Of a stretch of 50,126 bases of DNA, positions 1 through 10,453 are shown in pieces. The first letter of the stretch is position 1. Every line of letters begins with the position of its first letter. Below the pieces are notes generated by a model. It worked only from the letters and a program-made list of their open reading frames with translations, made no database searches and was not told the DNA's origin. A program made the position numbers and the translations under genes. The stretch is taken from the sequence record MZ501051; one strand, 5' to 3'. The DNA comes from Escherichia phage AugustePiccard.

Positions 1-507
1 ATGAGCAAAGCAGCATTAAAGATGGGCGAGGGAAATTTCAAGGCGCTCTACAACAAGAAGTATGGCGACATTGCTATGGTGGCAATCAACCGCAAGTACA
101 CGCCTGAGGAGGTATTTGACTTTGCCGTTCGATACTTCTCATGGGCCGAGAGTGAGGCAATAAAAGCAATTGAGACGGCAGCATTTCAAGGCGTGGTTAG
201 TGAAAGCCTGGTACATAAACCTCGAGTGTTCACATTAACCGGGCTGGCGCTCTTCATGGGTGTTAATATCAATAGATTCGCTCGCTGGCGTACTGAGGCT
301 GGATACTCTGATGTGATGGAATTTATTGATAACGTAATTTACGAGCAGAAATACCAACTTGGCGTTGCGGGTATCATCAACTCTACCATTGTCGGTAAAG
401 AGCTAGGCATTGATAAGCCGCAGGAAATCACTATTAGCAACAACTCCACCGCTAACGACGTTGATAGCATGAAGGAAGCGCTGGAGTCTGTGATTAGTAA
501 GCTGTAA
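1..507 (+). CDS. terS: terminase small subunit (putative)
   Basis: 168-aa ORF immediately upstream of the large terminase; a promoter and RBS AAGGAGG at the window end feed the ATG at position 1. Call by position and size. Confidence 0.55.
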   Translation: MSKAALKMGEGNFKALYNKKYGDIAMVAINRKYTPEEVFDFAVRYFSWAESEAIKAIETAAFQGVVSESLVHKPRVFTLTGLALFMGVNINRFARWRTEAGYSDVMEFIDNVIYEQKYQLGVAGIINSTIVGKELGIDKPQEITISNNSTANDVDSMKEALESVISKL

Positions 508-608
508 AAATATGAGGGTATAACAATGAAAGGCTTTATTAAATTATTCATTTGGTATTATTTATTAACGAGCATATCTCTTTGTGTCTTTATGTTGGTG
601 GTTAAGCT

Positions 609-2177
609 ATGGCTAATTTAATCTGGGAAGAAATGACAAGTCAGGAGAAATTAGCCGTTAAAGCTATCTCAGAGCATAGTTTTGAGGGCTTTTTAAGGTG
701 TTGGTTTTCAATAACACAAGGCGAGCGATACATACCTAACTGGCATCACAAGTACCTGTGTAGAATCATTGACGAGATTATCGCAGGGGAACGTAAGGAC
801 ACCATCATCAACATAGCGCCGGGCAGCGGAAAGACAGAAATCGCTTCAATCCACTTCCCTGCCTACTCTATGGTTAAGCTGAAGAAGGTGCGGAACCTTA
901 ACATCTCCTTTGCTGACTCACTGGTTAAGCGTAACTCGAAGCGCGTACGTGACCTTATCAAATCTCAAGAATTTCAATCACTCTGGCCATGCAAGTTTGG
1001 AACGTGCAAAGACGATGAACTTCAGGTTCTTGATGAGAATGGCAGGGTTAGATTTGAGTCAATATCAAAGGCGGCGGGAGGTCAGATTACAGGCGCTCGA
1101 GGTGGCTATATAACAGAAACATACAGCGGGGCCGTTCTATTGGATGATTTCGACAAGCCGGCTGACATGCTTTCTCAGGTTTATCGAACGAATAATCACG
1201 TAATGCTCAAGAACACAATTCGCTCACGTCGAGCTAGCTCTGTGAAAGGCAAGGCAACGCCAATAATTTCTATACAGCAGCGACTCCATGTGAATGATAG
1301 CACTTGGTTCATGATGGAAGGTGGTATGGGTATTGACTTCGACTTGATTAAGATACCGGCATTGGTTACTGAGGATTACATTGATTCACTTCCTGACTGG
1401 ATTAAAGAGCAGTTTGCTGATGACGTACTAAGTAGCGAATATATTGAGCGAGATGGCGTAAAATACTACAGTTATTTCCCTAAAAAGGAATCTGTAAACG
1501 ACCTAGTGGCAATGTGGGATAGTGACCCGTACACATTCCTTAGCCAGTATCAGCAGGAACCTGTAGCGCTCGGCGGCAATCTGATTAACGTGGATTGGTT
1601 CCAGAGAATCAGCGATACGTTCAGACCTCCAGCTAAATATGACTATCGATTCATAACTTGCGACACTGCGATGACTACAAAGAGTTATAGTGACTTCTCT
1701 GTACTTCAATTGTGGGGCTATAAAGATGCCAAGATTTACCTGATAGACCAGCGTAGAGGTAAGTGGGAGGCGCCGGAGTTGGAATCTGAACTACTGGATT
1801 TCGAGAGGAAATCAAGAGCAACCAGTCAGACGGATGGTATCCTTAGAAAGATTATCATCGAGAAGAAGGCTTCCGGAATTGGCCTAATTCAATCCGCAGG
1901 TAGAGTTATGCGAACACCGATAGAGCCATATGTTCCGGATAACGACAAGCTAACCAGGATAATGAGCGCCCTGCCGCAGATTAAGGCTGGTAACGTCGTT
2001 CTTCCAGAATCAGCACCGTGGCTAAATGGATTGCTTACGGAGGTTGCGGCTTTCACCGCGGATGACTCTCATAAGCACGACGACCAAATTGACTGTCTAA
2101 CAATGGCGGTAAACCTTGTTCTCAATATAGCAGATGATCCAAAATCAAGAATGCTTCGCCTTGCCGGAATAAAATAG
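609..2177 (+). CDS. terL: terminase large subunit
   Basis: 522 aa; Walker-A-like NIAPGSGKTEIAS; C-terminal nuclease-like acidic residues; first gene of the morphogenesis block. Confidence 0.8.
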   Translation: MANLIWEEMTSQEKLAVKAISEHSFEGFLRCWFSITQGERYIPNWHHKYLCRIIDEIIAGERKDTIINIAPGSGKTEIASIHFPAYSMVKLKKVRNLNISFADSLVKRNSKRVRDLIKSQEFQSLWPCKFGTCKDDELQVLDENGRVRFESISKAAGGQITGARGGYITETYSGAVLLDDFDKPADMLSQVYRTNNHVMLKNTIRSRRASSVKGKATPIISIQQRLHVNDSTWFMMEGGMGIDFDLIKIPALVTEDYIDSLPDWIKEQFADDVLSSEYIERDGVKYYSYFPKKESVNDLVAMWDSDPYTFLSQYQQEPVALGGNLINVDWFQRISDTFRPPAKYDYRFITCDTAMTTKSYSDFSVLQLWGYKDAKIYLIDQRRGKWEAPELESELLDFERKSRATSQTDGILRKIIIEKKASGIGLIQSAGRVMRTPIEPYVPDNDKLTRIMSALPQIKAGNVVLPESAPWLNGLLTEVAAFTADDSHKHDDQIDCLTMAVNLVLNIADDPKSRMLRLAGIK

Positions 2178-2217
2178 CACTTTATGCAAAGAATAAAGCT
2201 CACGGATGAGCTAACAT
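2173..2217 (+). promoter_or_regulatory. degenerate box promoter upstream of HNH copy 1
   Basis: AATAGCACTTTATGCAAAG; the TAG is the terL stop codon; weak -10. Confidence 0.3.
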
Positions 2218-2239
2218 AATCAAAACAAGAGTGGGTGTT

Positions 2240-2716
2240 ATGAATTGGGCTGAATTTTTTAGATACGAAGATGGAAATCTGGTAAGGGTTACCACAACCT
2301 CAAGTAGAGCTATTGAGGGCATGGTTGCTGGAAGCTTGTCTGGCAATGGCTATCTGCACATAAGAATAGGCGACAGGCGTGTAAAAAACCATCTCATAAT
2401 TTGGGAGATGCACAATGGAAGGATACCAGAAGGGATGGAGATAGATCATATCAATCACATAAAGACAGATAACAGGATCGAGAATTTAAGGCTCGTAAGT
2501 CACAAACAGAACCTATCAAACGCATCTCTTAGGTCAGACTCGTCAACTGGTGCGAGTGGCGTTAGTTGGAACAGAAACAGGCAGAAGTGGCACGCTTATA
2601 TAAAGTCTAACTACAAGAGGATGCACATAGGATTTTTTGATTCCTTTGATGATGCCGTAGCAGCAAGAAAGAAAAAGGAGATTGAATTGGGATTTCATGA
2701 GAATCACGGAAAATAG
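2240..2716 (+). CDS. HNH homing endonuclease with AP2-like DNA-binding domain (copy 1)
   Basis: Motif IDHINHIKTDNRIENLR plus SGVSW..W.AYI; starts MNW like copies 2 and 3 (track ORF begins at GTG 2231). Confidence 0.8.
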   Translation: MNWAEFFRYEDGNLVRVTTTSSRAIEGMVAGSLSGNGYLHIRIGDRRVKNHLIIWEMHNGRIPEGMEIDHINHIKTDNRIENLRLVSHKQNLSNASLRSDSSTGASGVSWNRNRQKWHAYIKSNYKRMHIGFFDSFDDAVAARKKKEIELGFHENHGK

Positions 2717-2756
2717 CACGAATTGCTAAACGACTAGGCCACGGATGGCGTATAGT
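2711..2756 (+). promoter_or_regulatory. box promoter (palindromic box + 22 nt + -10)
   Basis: AAATAGCACGAATTGCTAAA, 22-nt spacer, TATAGT; leader CAAAACGAGAGGAG. Confidence 0.6.
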
Positions 2757-2787
2757 TACCTTACCAAAACGAGAGGAGAAAAGATAA

Positions 2788-3168
2788 ATGACAAAAAAAT
2801 CAAAGGCTGTATATCTTGGCAACACCGAAGGAGAGTATTATGGTTTCACTGTAGGGAATGAATATGATGTTCACAATTATGAAACTGAAGATAACTTCAT
2901 TGGTACTTTTGGTGATGATGGTGGTTATCGTCACATCAAGAACGGAGCATTCCACAAGTTCGAACTCCTCGAGGATTATGATTTCGTAACTGAAAGCGAA
3001 TGCGCAGTCATGCCCCTTAGTTCCGATAAACAACCAGAGCTTAGATATTTCATAAACGGTCATGAGTTTAATAAGATTGAGTTCGAAAATGTGCGCTATA
3101 CTGTAAATCAACTTGATGAGGGCGGCGTAAAATGCGACACAATCAAGTTCGAAGTAAAATTCGAGTAA
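2788..3168 (+). CDS. hypothetical small protein (moron; paralogue of 17915..18232)
   Basis: Own box promoter and conserved leader; shares GEY.FT.G..Y pattern with ORF 17915..18232; followed by a terminator. Confidence 0.6.
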   Translation: MTKKSKAVYLGNTEGEYYGFTVGNEYDVHNYETEDNFIGTFGDDGGYRHIKNGAFHKFELLEDYDFVTESECAVMPLSSDKQPELRYFINGHEFNKIEFENVRYTVNQLDEGGVKCDTIKFEVKFE

Positions 3169-3189
3169 CCACAAAAGCTATGATAAACT

Positions 3190-3212
3190 AGCCCCCACAT
3201 GGGGCTTTTTTA
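3190..3212 (+). terminator. rho-independent terminator
   Basis: Hairpin GCCCC-ACAT-GGGGC plus T6. Confidence 0.7.
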
Positions 3213-3225
3213 TTGGAGAAACACA

Positions 3226-4488
3226 ATGGTAAAAACAGACAGCTACGCCAATATCTTTCTCGGCGGCAGTGATGGCAGTGAGATTTACGGGAGCTTACAG
3301 AATCAGGAACCTACTATTCTGGCTTCGCTTTATGCGGATAATGCCCTGGTGCGTCGAATTATTGACACAATCCCGGAAACAGCATTAGCGGCAGGATTCA
3401 ACATTGATGGTGTTGATGATGAATCTGCATTCTGGTCGCGCTGGGATGATTTGGAGATGACGCAGAATATTAACGACGCTTGGTCATGGGCAAGGTTATT
3501 CGGTGGAGCAGCAATTGTCGCTATCGTTAAGGACAATAGAGCGCTAACAAGTCCGGTCAGAGAAGGCGCCGAGCTTGAAACGGTTCGCGTTTACGACCGC
3601 ACACAGGTAAAAGTACAAACCCGCGAGGAAAATCCAAGAAACTCGCGATTTGGTAAGCCCCTAACCTATCGCATCACCACTAATGAGAGCGATATGTTCT
3701 TCGATGTGCACTACAGCCGTATTCACGTCATTGACGGAGAGCGAGTCCCTAACGTAATGCGCAGGCAGAATGATGGCTGGGGCCGCAGCGTTCTATCTAG
3801 TGACATTCTTGACTCGATTAAGGATTACACCAACTGTGAACGACTTGCCACGCAATTACTGAAGCGTAAGCAGCAAGCGGTGTGGAAAGCAAAAGGTCTG
3901 GCTGAGTTATGTGATGATAGCGAAGGATTCGGCGCGGCAAGATTAAGGCTTGCACAGGTAGATAATAACAGTGGCGTTGGTCAGGCGATTGGCATTGACG
4001 CGGAATCGGAAGAGTACAGCGTACTCAACTCTGATATTGGCGGGATTGATGCATTCCTGGATAAGAAGTTCGACAGAATCGTTGCGCTGAGCGGCATCCA
4101 TGAAATCATCCTGAAGAACAAGAACGTTGGCGGCGTGTCATCAAGCCAGAATACGGCACTGGAGACATTCCATAAGCTAGTTGACCGCAAGCGTAATGCT
4201 GAGCTACTTCCTATTCTTGAGTTCTTAATCCCGTTCATCGTTAACGTATCGGAATGGTCAGTTGAGTTTAACGCCCTCGCTCAGGAGTCCAGCAAGGATA
4301 AAGCCGAGATTCTTGAGAAGAACGTAAACAGTATCGCAGCACTAATTGCAGCTGGAGCTATGGATACTAACGAAGCCCGTGATACACTACGAACTATCGC
4401 GCCAGAGATTAAGATTGGTGAAGGTGATATTGAGGTTGAAGAACCAACTCAGGAAGTAATCGCGCAGACAGAGGAACCTAATGAATGA
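3226..4488 (+). CDS. portal protein
   Basis: About 420 aa, follows the terminase; acidic C-terminus; RBS GGAG before ATG 3226 (the track start at 3199 lies inside the terminator hairpin). Confidence 0.65.
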   Translation: MVKTDSYANIFLGGSDGSEIYGSLQNQEPTILASLYADNALVRRIIDTIPETALAAGFNIDGVDDESAFWSRWDDLEMTQNINDAWSWARLFGGAAIVAIVKDNRALTSPVREGAELETVRVYDRTQVKVQTREENPRNSRFGKPLTYRITTNESDMFFDVHYSRIHVIDGERVPNVMRRQNDGWGRSVLSSDILDSIKDYTNCERLATQLLKRKQQAVWKAKGLAELCDDSEGFGAARLRLAQVDNNSGVGQAIGIDAESEEYSVLNSDIGGIDAFLDKKFDRIVALSGIHEIILKNKNVGGVSSSQNTALETFHKLVDRKRNAELLPILEFLIPFIVNVSEWSVEFNALAQESSKDKAEILEKNVNSIAALIAAGAMDTNEARDTLRTIAPEIKIGEGDIEVEEPTQEVIAQTEEPNE

Positions 4489-4521
4489 TGAATTTGATGG
4501 CTTTTAGTGAGGAGAATTGGG

Positions 4522-5613
4522 ATGTCTAAAATCCGCTATGACAGCGCAAAGGTGAAAGCCCGATTTGATGAAAACGGTTTTCTGGTTGATACCCCGATTG
4601 TTGCTCGCGTCGGGGTGCAAACATACTACCTTCCGGACGGTACAGAACGCAGAGAATTTAGACCAGCCTCAGAGGTCTTTAAATCTGATTCTCTGGCTAG
4701 TTATCAGGGTAAGCCAATTACCTTAGGTCATGTGTTTGTTAACGCAGACAATGCTAAAGAGGTTGTTGTGGGTGCAGTATCTGGCTCAGCAATGCGCGAA
4801 GATTCAAGCGTGATTGTTCCGCTAACCATTTACGATAAGGAGTCAATCGAGAAGGCCAGAAATGGGATCGCTGGTGAGTTGTCGGTTGGGTACCACACTG
4901 TTGATGTTGAGTCCAAAGGCTGGGGTAGCAACGAAACCGGTGAATATAAGCTGGATGGAGAGTATGGCTCACAAGATGAGATTCCTTCTGACTGGGTTAG
5001 ATTTGATGCTCTACAAACCGAAATCAAGGTAAACCACGTCGCTCTTGTTTATAAAGGTCGCGCCGGTGTGGCCAAACTTAACTTTGACGCTCATCAGGAA
5101 AACCCGTATACTACTGACGTTGATATCAATAAAGAGGATAAACAGGAAATGACAGTTAAAATTAAACTCGACGGCGCGCAGGAATTTGAAGTCGCACCGG
5201 AAATCGCTTCTCACATCGAAGCACTGAACGCAAAGGCTGACACCGCAATCGCTGAACGCGACGCACTGAAAGCTAAAGTAGATGCAATTCCATCTGAAAT
5301 CGAAGCTGCCGTTGCCAAAGCGAAAGCTGATGCTGATGCCCTGGCCGCTCTGGTTGCTGTTGCTGCTGAAGCTGGTGTTAAGGCTGACGGTCTGGATGCT
5401 AAAGGCATTAAAGTGGCTTACGTTAAAGAAGTCTCCGGACTTGATGTTTCCGAGAAATCCGACGCGTACATCGACGCGGCGTTCGACATTGCCAAAGAAT
5501 CTGATAAAATGGCTGAAGTACGTAAAGCGACTACCGCTTCCGACAAATCTGACAGCGCCGATGAGCCTAAGAAATTAGACCCGCGTGCTCGTTTAGCTAA
5601 AATTAAGAAATAA
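4522..5613 (+). CDS. prohead protease / scaffold-like protein
   Basis: Follows the portal; C-terminal Ala/Lys/Glu-rich coiled-coil region (EALNAKADTAIAERDALKAKVDA...) typical of scaffolds; RBS GAGGAG before ATG 4522. Confidence 0.55.
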   Translation: MSKIRYDSAKVKARFDENGFLVDTPIVARVGVQTYYLPDGTERREFRPASEVFKSDSLASYQGKPITLGHVFVNADNAKEVVVGAVSGSAMREDSSVIVPLTIYDKESIEKARNGIAGELSVGYHTVDVESKGWGSNETGEYKLDGEYGSQDEIPSDWVRFDALQTEIKVNHVALVYKGRAGVAKLNFDAHQENPYTTDVDINKEDKQEMTVKIKLDGAQEFEVAPEIASHIEALNAKADTAIAERDALKAKVDAIPSEIEAAVAKAKADADALAALVAVAAEAGVKADGLDAKGIKVAYVKEVSGLDVSEKSDAYIDAAFDIAKESDKMAEVRKATTASDKSDSADEPKKLDPRARLAKIKK

Positions 5614-5625
5614 GGAGTTATAAAC

Positions 5626-6132
5626 ATGGCAATTCGTTCCGTAGCACTGGCTGGTATGGTTTCTGATACCTCTCTGTACAACATCGACGGCGCTTGTGTA
5701 GTTGGTGGCATTGCTGCAATTCCAGTTGGCACTGCAGTTCGCGTAACAACAGCTCAGCCTATTGATGGGCACAAGGTTGTAGTTAACACTGGCATCTCAG
5801 CAGATGAAACACCGTATGGTGTTGTAATTCGCTCCCATTATGAAACTCCTGATGGAACCGCTAAGGCACAGGAAGCAGTTAACGTAATGACTCATGGCCG
5901 AGTGTGGATGCGCGCAGCGAGCAACGTAACCGCTGAGTCTGTAAAGGTTGGTGCGGCTGTTAGTATTAGCGCATCTGGTCTCGTTGATACTGGCGGCGTT
6001 GGCAAGCCTAACTGGACTTACGCAGGTGGTTTTATTTCTAATGCCGTAACCAACCCTCAAGCCAATGACTTCGATCAGCAGGATACTAGCGTTGATGGCG
6101 CCCTGGTTGAAGTGCAGATTCGTCAGGCATAA
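5626..6132 (+). CDS. head-associated protein (possible decoration protein)
   Basis: 168 aa, Gly/Val/Thr-rich, strong RBS AAGGAG; sits between scaffold and capsid genes. Function by position only. Confidence 0.35.
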   Translation: MAIRSVALAGMVSDTSLYNIDGACVVGGIAAIPVGTAVRVTTAQPIDGHKVVVNTGISADETPYGVVIRSHYETPDGTAKAQEAVNVMTHGRVWMRAASNVTAESVKVGAAVSISASGLVDTGGVGKPNWTYAGGFISNAVTNPQANDFDQQDTSVDGALVEVQIRQA

Positions 6133-6165
6133 TCAACTGTTGCAGCTTAATAATTAAGATACATA

Positions 6166-6190
6166 AAGCCTCCTTCGGGAGGTTTTTTTA
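6166..6190 (+). terminator. rho-independent terminator
   Basis: CCTCC-TTCG-GGAGG plus T7. Confidence 0.75.
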
Positions 6191-6243
6191 CGCCTATAAT
6201 CTGTTAACATGGGGTTCCATAAACGCATAAAGGAAACTTAATA

Positions 6244-7533
6244 ATGAACTTTTTAGATTTAGTCAGAAAGCAATACGATAGCGGAAAGGTTAGTCTTTCA
6301 GGAGTAAAGGTTAGCACTGACTTCACAACCACTTCATTAATTCAAGCAGCAACGACAATAGCTAACCCAGTCACTCACACCCGCAAGGATGAAACTAAAT
6401 TTAAGTTTACCACTTACGGGCTGGCTGATGTTTCCGGCGGCTCCTATACTGGGCAGTCGCCAAATGGCGTGCAAATGAAAATTGAGTTCATGACTGACGC
6501 GCTTGTCTTTGAGTTCAAGACTATCGGCTCTATCGGTACGTACTCTGTATTTGTTGATGGAGAGCTAACCAATATTGATGCAATCTCAACTCCTAACGGT
6601 CAAGCCGTTACTTACGTAAGAACCGAAGCCTCAGATGGCGTAATTAAGAGAATGAGACACGTCGAGATTTATGGGGTGAACACTTCATTCGGCGGGTTGT
6701 TTACCGACGCTGCGGATACGGTAACCAGCGAAATCACCATCGATCCAAAACCTTTTATCTACCAGATGGGTGACAGTTACACGTACGGCACTGGCGCAGG
6801 CTACGTAACTCAGGCATACGGCTCATCCCCAGCGATTAACGATTTCTACGTGTTCAGAAATGCGCTAGGCATGGACGGCATCGCGGAAGGTATCGGTGGT
6901 AGCGGATGGAACAGCACGGGCGGGCAAGTTCCGGCCTCAAGGTTGCAAAACAGACTGCTTAAGATGAATCGCAAGCCAGATGTTGTTAGTTTCGCTCTCG
7001 CATACAATGACGCTGCGGCTATTAACACTGGAACTAACGCAAGCAAACTAGTTACCTCGATGGGTGACGCGCTAAAGGTTGTCCGAGATGCAATGCCTGG
7101 CGTTCCTGTTATTCATGTTAGCTGTGCCACGCCAAAAGGAATCACCACGCAAATTCAGAGAGTCATAGACCTTACTCATGATTTTTGCGCAAGAAATGAC
7201 ATTCCCGTGATTGGGATTAGTAACTACGTGACTGCGGCGAACAGCATTTCATACACTGGAACGGATAACGTCCACCCAAACCCTCTGGGGCACGAATTCC
7301 GCGGTTTAGCTATGGCAAGGGAGTCATTAATGGCGGCGCTGGAAGGTCGTAGCCTGGTGCCAGAAATCAAACCCAGCGGTTTCACTGTAACTTACATTGA
7401 GCGACTCCGCTTCGCGGTTGATGTTAAGCGTGAGGTTGTTCAAGCTAAAACCGCAGATGAGGCATACTGGATGGTTAAATCTCGGGAGTACAGCAATCCA
7501 GACTTGAGAATCGAAATCATTTCTGTAGCATAA
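6244..7533 (+). CDS. SGNH/GDSL-family hydrolase (esterase) domain protein
   Basis: GDS block [11 protein letters not shown] and catalytic DxxH block [12 protein letters not shown] in the C-terminal half; flanked by terminators inside the head module. Confidence 0.6.
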   Translation: MNFLDLVRKQYDSGKVSLSGVKVSTDFTTTSLIQAATTIANPVTHTRKDETKFKFTTYGLADVSGGSYTGQSPNGVQMKIEFMTDALVFEFKTIGSIGTYSVFVDGELTNIDAISTPNGQAVTYVRTEASDGVIKRMRHVEIYGVNTSFGGLFTDAADTVTSEITIDPKPFIYQMGDSYTYGTGAGYVTQAYGSSPAINDFYVFRNALGMDGIAEGIGGSGWNSTGGQVPASRLQNRLLKMNRKPDVVSFALAYNDAAAINTGTNASKLVTSMGDALKVVRDAMPGVPVIHVSCATPKGITTQIQRVIDLTHDFCARNDIPVIGISNYVTAANSISYTGTDNVHPNPLGHEFRGLAMARESLMAALEGRSLVPEIKPSGFTVTYIERLRFAVDVKREVVQAKTADEAYWMVKSREYSNPDLRIEIISVA

Positions 7534-7537
7534 CAAC

Positions 7538-7562
7538 AAGCCTCCTTCGGGAGGTTTTTTAT
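7538..7562 (+). terminator. rho-independent terminator
   Basis: CCTCC-TTCG-GGAGG plus T7; near-identical to the terminator at 6166. Confidence 0.75.
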
Positions 7563-7615
7563 TAACCTTAACTCTGTTAGACTTATTAGGTCTATTAACC
7601 AATCAGGAGATTAAG

Positions 7616-9049
7616 ATGGCTAGCGAATTAAGAGCAGTAACCGCTGGGACTGCCCACGCCCTAAAGCAAAAAATCATGGAATACATTGCTGATGGTTGGC
7701 AGCCTTATGGAAGAATCCTTAACGCTGGAGCGACTAGCGTTGGTATCATCATGGCGAAAGGTACTACAGCAAGCATTAATGATGTTGATGTTATTACCGC
7801 AGATTCAAGGGCTTCTTTAGTTTCTAAGATTAACTCATCCATCGAAAATGGGTTTGAGATGTTCGGAGAGCAGGAAGTGAACGCAAGTAGATTTATCGCC
7901 TTCATGACTAAGGGTTCTCAAGGTTCATCTGGTGGCGGTGGAGAACCTGGACCAATTGGGCCTAAGGGTGAGAAGGGTGACAAGGGCGACAAGGGAGATG
8001 TTGGTGAGCGCGGACCCGCTGGCCTAGCTGGTGCGGCTGGCGCTACTGGTCCATCTGGCCCTCAAGGTTTAACTGGCCCCGCCGGCGCTAAAGGTGATAC
8101 TGGTGAGCAGGGACCAATGGGTCCAACTGGCGCTACTGGACCTAAAGGTGATACTGGCGAAACTGGTCCCGCCGGACCGCAGGGCCCAAGAGGATTGCAA
8201 GGTGAGCAGGGGGTTCCGGGCGAGGTTGGTCCTGCTGGATTGACATTCCAGGGCGCATGGGATTCTGCTGCGACATATGTGAAGGATGACACTGTAGTTT
8301 ATGATGGGTCTACTTGGTTTGCTCCAGATGCTGTAGCTGCTGGATTAGTCCCTGGAGTTGCTACTGAGTGGATTCTTTTAGCTGCGCAAGGCGCAAGGGG
8401 CGAGGATGGTCCGCAGGGTCCGGTTGGCCCTCAGGGTTTACAGGGTGCCACTGGCCCAGCGGGTCCTACTGGTGCTACTGGTGCTACAGGCCCGCAAGGC
8501 CCTAGAGGTATACAAGGTCAAACTGGCCCGGCAGGCCCAGCAGGTCCTCAGGGTGAGGCTGGTCCTCAGGGTATTCAGGGTCCGCAGGGTGTCGCTGGGC
8601 CTCAGGGATTAACTGGTCCTCAGGGTCCAAAAGGTGATAAAGGCGATGCTCCTTACACATTATTTAACTCGCAGAACGTTACATCAACATACATTGAAAT
8701 CCCTATTCCGCAAGTAACCAACACTGTACTTAGGGTTAGGCTTTCAGGTGCCAACTTTGAATATAGCGTTTTAAGCAAAGGCGGCGCCAATAGATATGTT
8801 GACTTTTACACATTCATCCCGTCATTAACTAGCTCAACGGGTAACATCTATACCGGAGGAACTACCTTGACACCAACTGGTAGCCTCTTTTTGGGTAACT
8901 CCCCCGTGGCTCTTGGATTGAGGGAGTTGACAATAACACTCAAGGAATGGGGCGACAGAACGCTAACTACAATAAAGGCGATACATCACGGCAGATCAGG
9001 TGACACAACAAGACCTTTGCAGATAACTATGTTTAGTAATAAGTATTAA
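7616..9049 (+). CDS. collagen-like (Gly-X-Y repeat) structural protein
   Basis: Two long Gly-X-Y tracts ([23 protein letters not shown]... and [20 protein letters not shown]...) between globular N- and C-terminal domains. Confidence 0.75.
   Translation: MASELRAVTAGTAHALKQKIMEYIADGWQPYGRILNAGATSVGIIMAKGTTASINDVDVITADSRASLVSKINSSIENGFEMFGEQEVNASRFIAFMTKGSQGSSGGGGEPGPIGPKGEKGDKGDKGDVGERGPAGLAGAAGATGPSGPQGLTGPAGAKGDTGEQGPMGPTGATGPKGDTGETGPAGPQGPRGLQGEQGVPGEVGPAGLTFQGAWDSAATYVKDDTVVYDGSTWFAPDAVAAGLVPGVATEWILLAAQGARGEDGPQGPVGPQGLQGATGPAGPTGATGATGPQGPRGIQGQTGPAGPAGPQGEAGPQGIQGPQGVAGPQGLTGPQGPKGDKGDAPYTLFNSQNVTSTYIEIPIPQVTNTVLRVRLSGANFEYSVLSKGGANRYVDFYTFIPSLTSSTGNIYTGGTTLTPTGSLFLGNSPVALGLRELTITLKEWGDRTLTTIKAIHHGRSGDTTRPLQITMFSNKY
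7933..8643 (+). repeat. Gly-X-Y coding repeats (GGN-NNN-NNN periodicity)
   Basis: Repetitive GGT/GGC-CCN triplets inside the collagen-like gene. Confidence 0.7.
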
Positions 9050-9129
9050 CAAAAAGCCCACCATTGCGTGGGCTAAAAACTCGTGTATAATGAACCCGTA
9101 GACACCTAACTGAAAAGGAACAATAAAGA

Positions 9130-10074
9130 ATGGCCATTAAATTTGATGCAGAACAAGCTAAAATCACCGCTCACCTTGAGCAAATGGGCGTAGAAAAGGC
9201 CGATGCCGCTGGTATCTGGACTGTTAAGCAGCTGACCGCTACTCTGAATCGCGCTTACGAAAAAGAATATGCAGACAACTCTGTTGTTAACATCTTCCCT
9301 GTAACCAATGAAATCCCTGGTCATGCGAAGTATTTCGAATATCCAGAGTTTGATGGTGTTGGCATTGCTCAGATTATCGCTGATTACTCTGACGACCTTC
9401 CGTTGGTTGACGCCTTCATGACTGAGAAGCAAGGTAAAGTGTTCCGTTTCGGTAACGCATTCCTAATTTCTACTGATGAAATCAAAGCAGGCGCCGCAAC
9501 TGGTCAGTCACTGTCAACTCGCAAACAAGCACTGGCATTCGAAGCGCACGACAATCTGCTTGATAAACTGGTTTGGTCTGGCTCCGCTCCGCATGGTATC
9601 GTAAGCGTATTCGACCAGCCGAACATCAACAACGTTGTCGCAACTCCAGACTGGAGTGAGCCGCTGAACGCAATTAATGACGTCACCGCGATGATTGATG
9701 CAGTTGAGACTTCAACTCAGGGTTTCCATCACGTGACTGATATTCTGCTTCCGGCATCTGCTCGCCGAGTAATGCAGCAACTGGTTCCGAATACTACCCT
9801 GAGTTACGGTGAACTGTTCACTCGTAACAACCCGGGTCTGACTATTCGCTTTATGCAGTTCCTGGACAACTACGATGGCGCAGGTGGCAAGGCTGCTCTG
9901 GCGTTTGAGAAGAATCCATTGAATATGTCTATCGAGATTCCGGAAGCTACTAACGTTCTTCCGGCTCAACCTAGAGATCTGCATTTCCGCTACCCTGTAA
10001 CATCAAAAGCGACAGGTTTGATTGTTTATCGTCCTCTGACGATGGCTGTAATCAAAGGCATTACCTTCGCTTAA
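9130..10074 (+). CDS. major capsid protein (putative)
   Basis: 314 aa with strong RBS, followed by a strong terminator; position in head module. No motif confirmation. Confidence 0.55.
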   Translation: MAIKFDAEQAKITAHLEQMGVEKADAAGIWTVKQLTATLNRAYEKEYADNSVVNIFPVTNEIPGHAKYFEYPEFDGVGIAQIIADYSDDLPLVDAFMTEKQGKVFRFGNAFLISTDEIKAGAATGQSLSTRKQALAFEAHDNLLDKLVWSGSAPHGIVSVFDQPNINNVVATPDWSEPLNAINDVTAMIDAVETSTQGFHHVTDILLPASARRVMQQLVPNTTLSYGELFTRNNPGLTIRFMQFLDNYDGAGGKAALAFEKNPLNMSIEIPEATNVLPAQPRDLHFRYPVTSKATGLIVYRPLTMAVIKGITFA

Positions 10075-10078
10075 TAAA

Positions 10079-10103
10079 TCGCCCTCTTCGGAGGGCTTTT
10101 TTA
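10079..10103 (+). terminator. rho-independent terminator after the capsid gene
   Basis: GCCCTC-TTCG-GAGGGC plus T6. Confidence 0.75.
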
Positions 10104-10166
10104 CGTCTGTACCAAATGGATTTGTTCGGTTATAATCACTCAATCAGATAAACAAAGGAGAAAAAA

Positions 10167-10412
10167 ATGATTCGTTTAGAACACACTGGCGCCTGCCTTA
10201 TCGTTTACAAGGGTGAGAAATATCTGCCTGGTGATGCTTTCGAGGTTGATGTAATTTGCGACGGACTTAAGCGTTTAATCGCAGAGGGTAAACTCACCAT
10301 CGAGGGTGATGCCAAAGCAACCAAACAAATCTCGCAGGAAATTGTTAGCAAGAAAAAGCGCAAAGAACCTAAAACCATCTCCGAAGCTGAGACTGGTAAC
10401 GAGTACAAATAA
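10167..10412 (+). CDS. hypothetical protein
   Basis: 81 aa, RBS AAAGGAG, followed by a terminator. Confidence 0.5.
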   Translation: MIRLEHTGACLIVYKGEKYLPGDAFEVDVICDGLKRLIAEGKLTIEGDAKATKQISQEIVSKKKRKEPKTISEAETGNEYK

Positions 10413-10453
10413 CAAACAGGGCGCTTCGGCGTCCTTTATTGTATGGAGCTAAT

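Noticed and set aside
339-551. Antisense ORFs inside structural genes (e.g. 339..551, 3330..3536, 5418..5732, 7705..7905, 8062..8292, 16415..16612)
   Set aside because: Embedded in or opposite to long well-supported genes, with no RBS and biased composition; treated as spurious frames.
5282-5578. Leu/Lys-rich ORF in an alternative frame of the scaffold gene, and the Arg/Val/Leu-rich ORF 8406..8612 inside the collagen-like gene
   Set aside because: Artefacts of reading repetitive Ala-rich or Gly-X-Y coding sequence in another frame; no start signals.
9052-9080. Terminator after the collagen-like gene (hairpin AGCCCAC...GTGGGCT)
   Set aside because: The hairpin is followed by an A-run, not a T-run, on the coding strand; at best a weak or minus-strand-oriented terminator.
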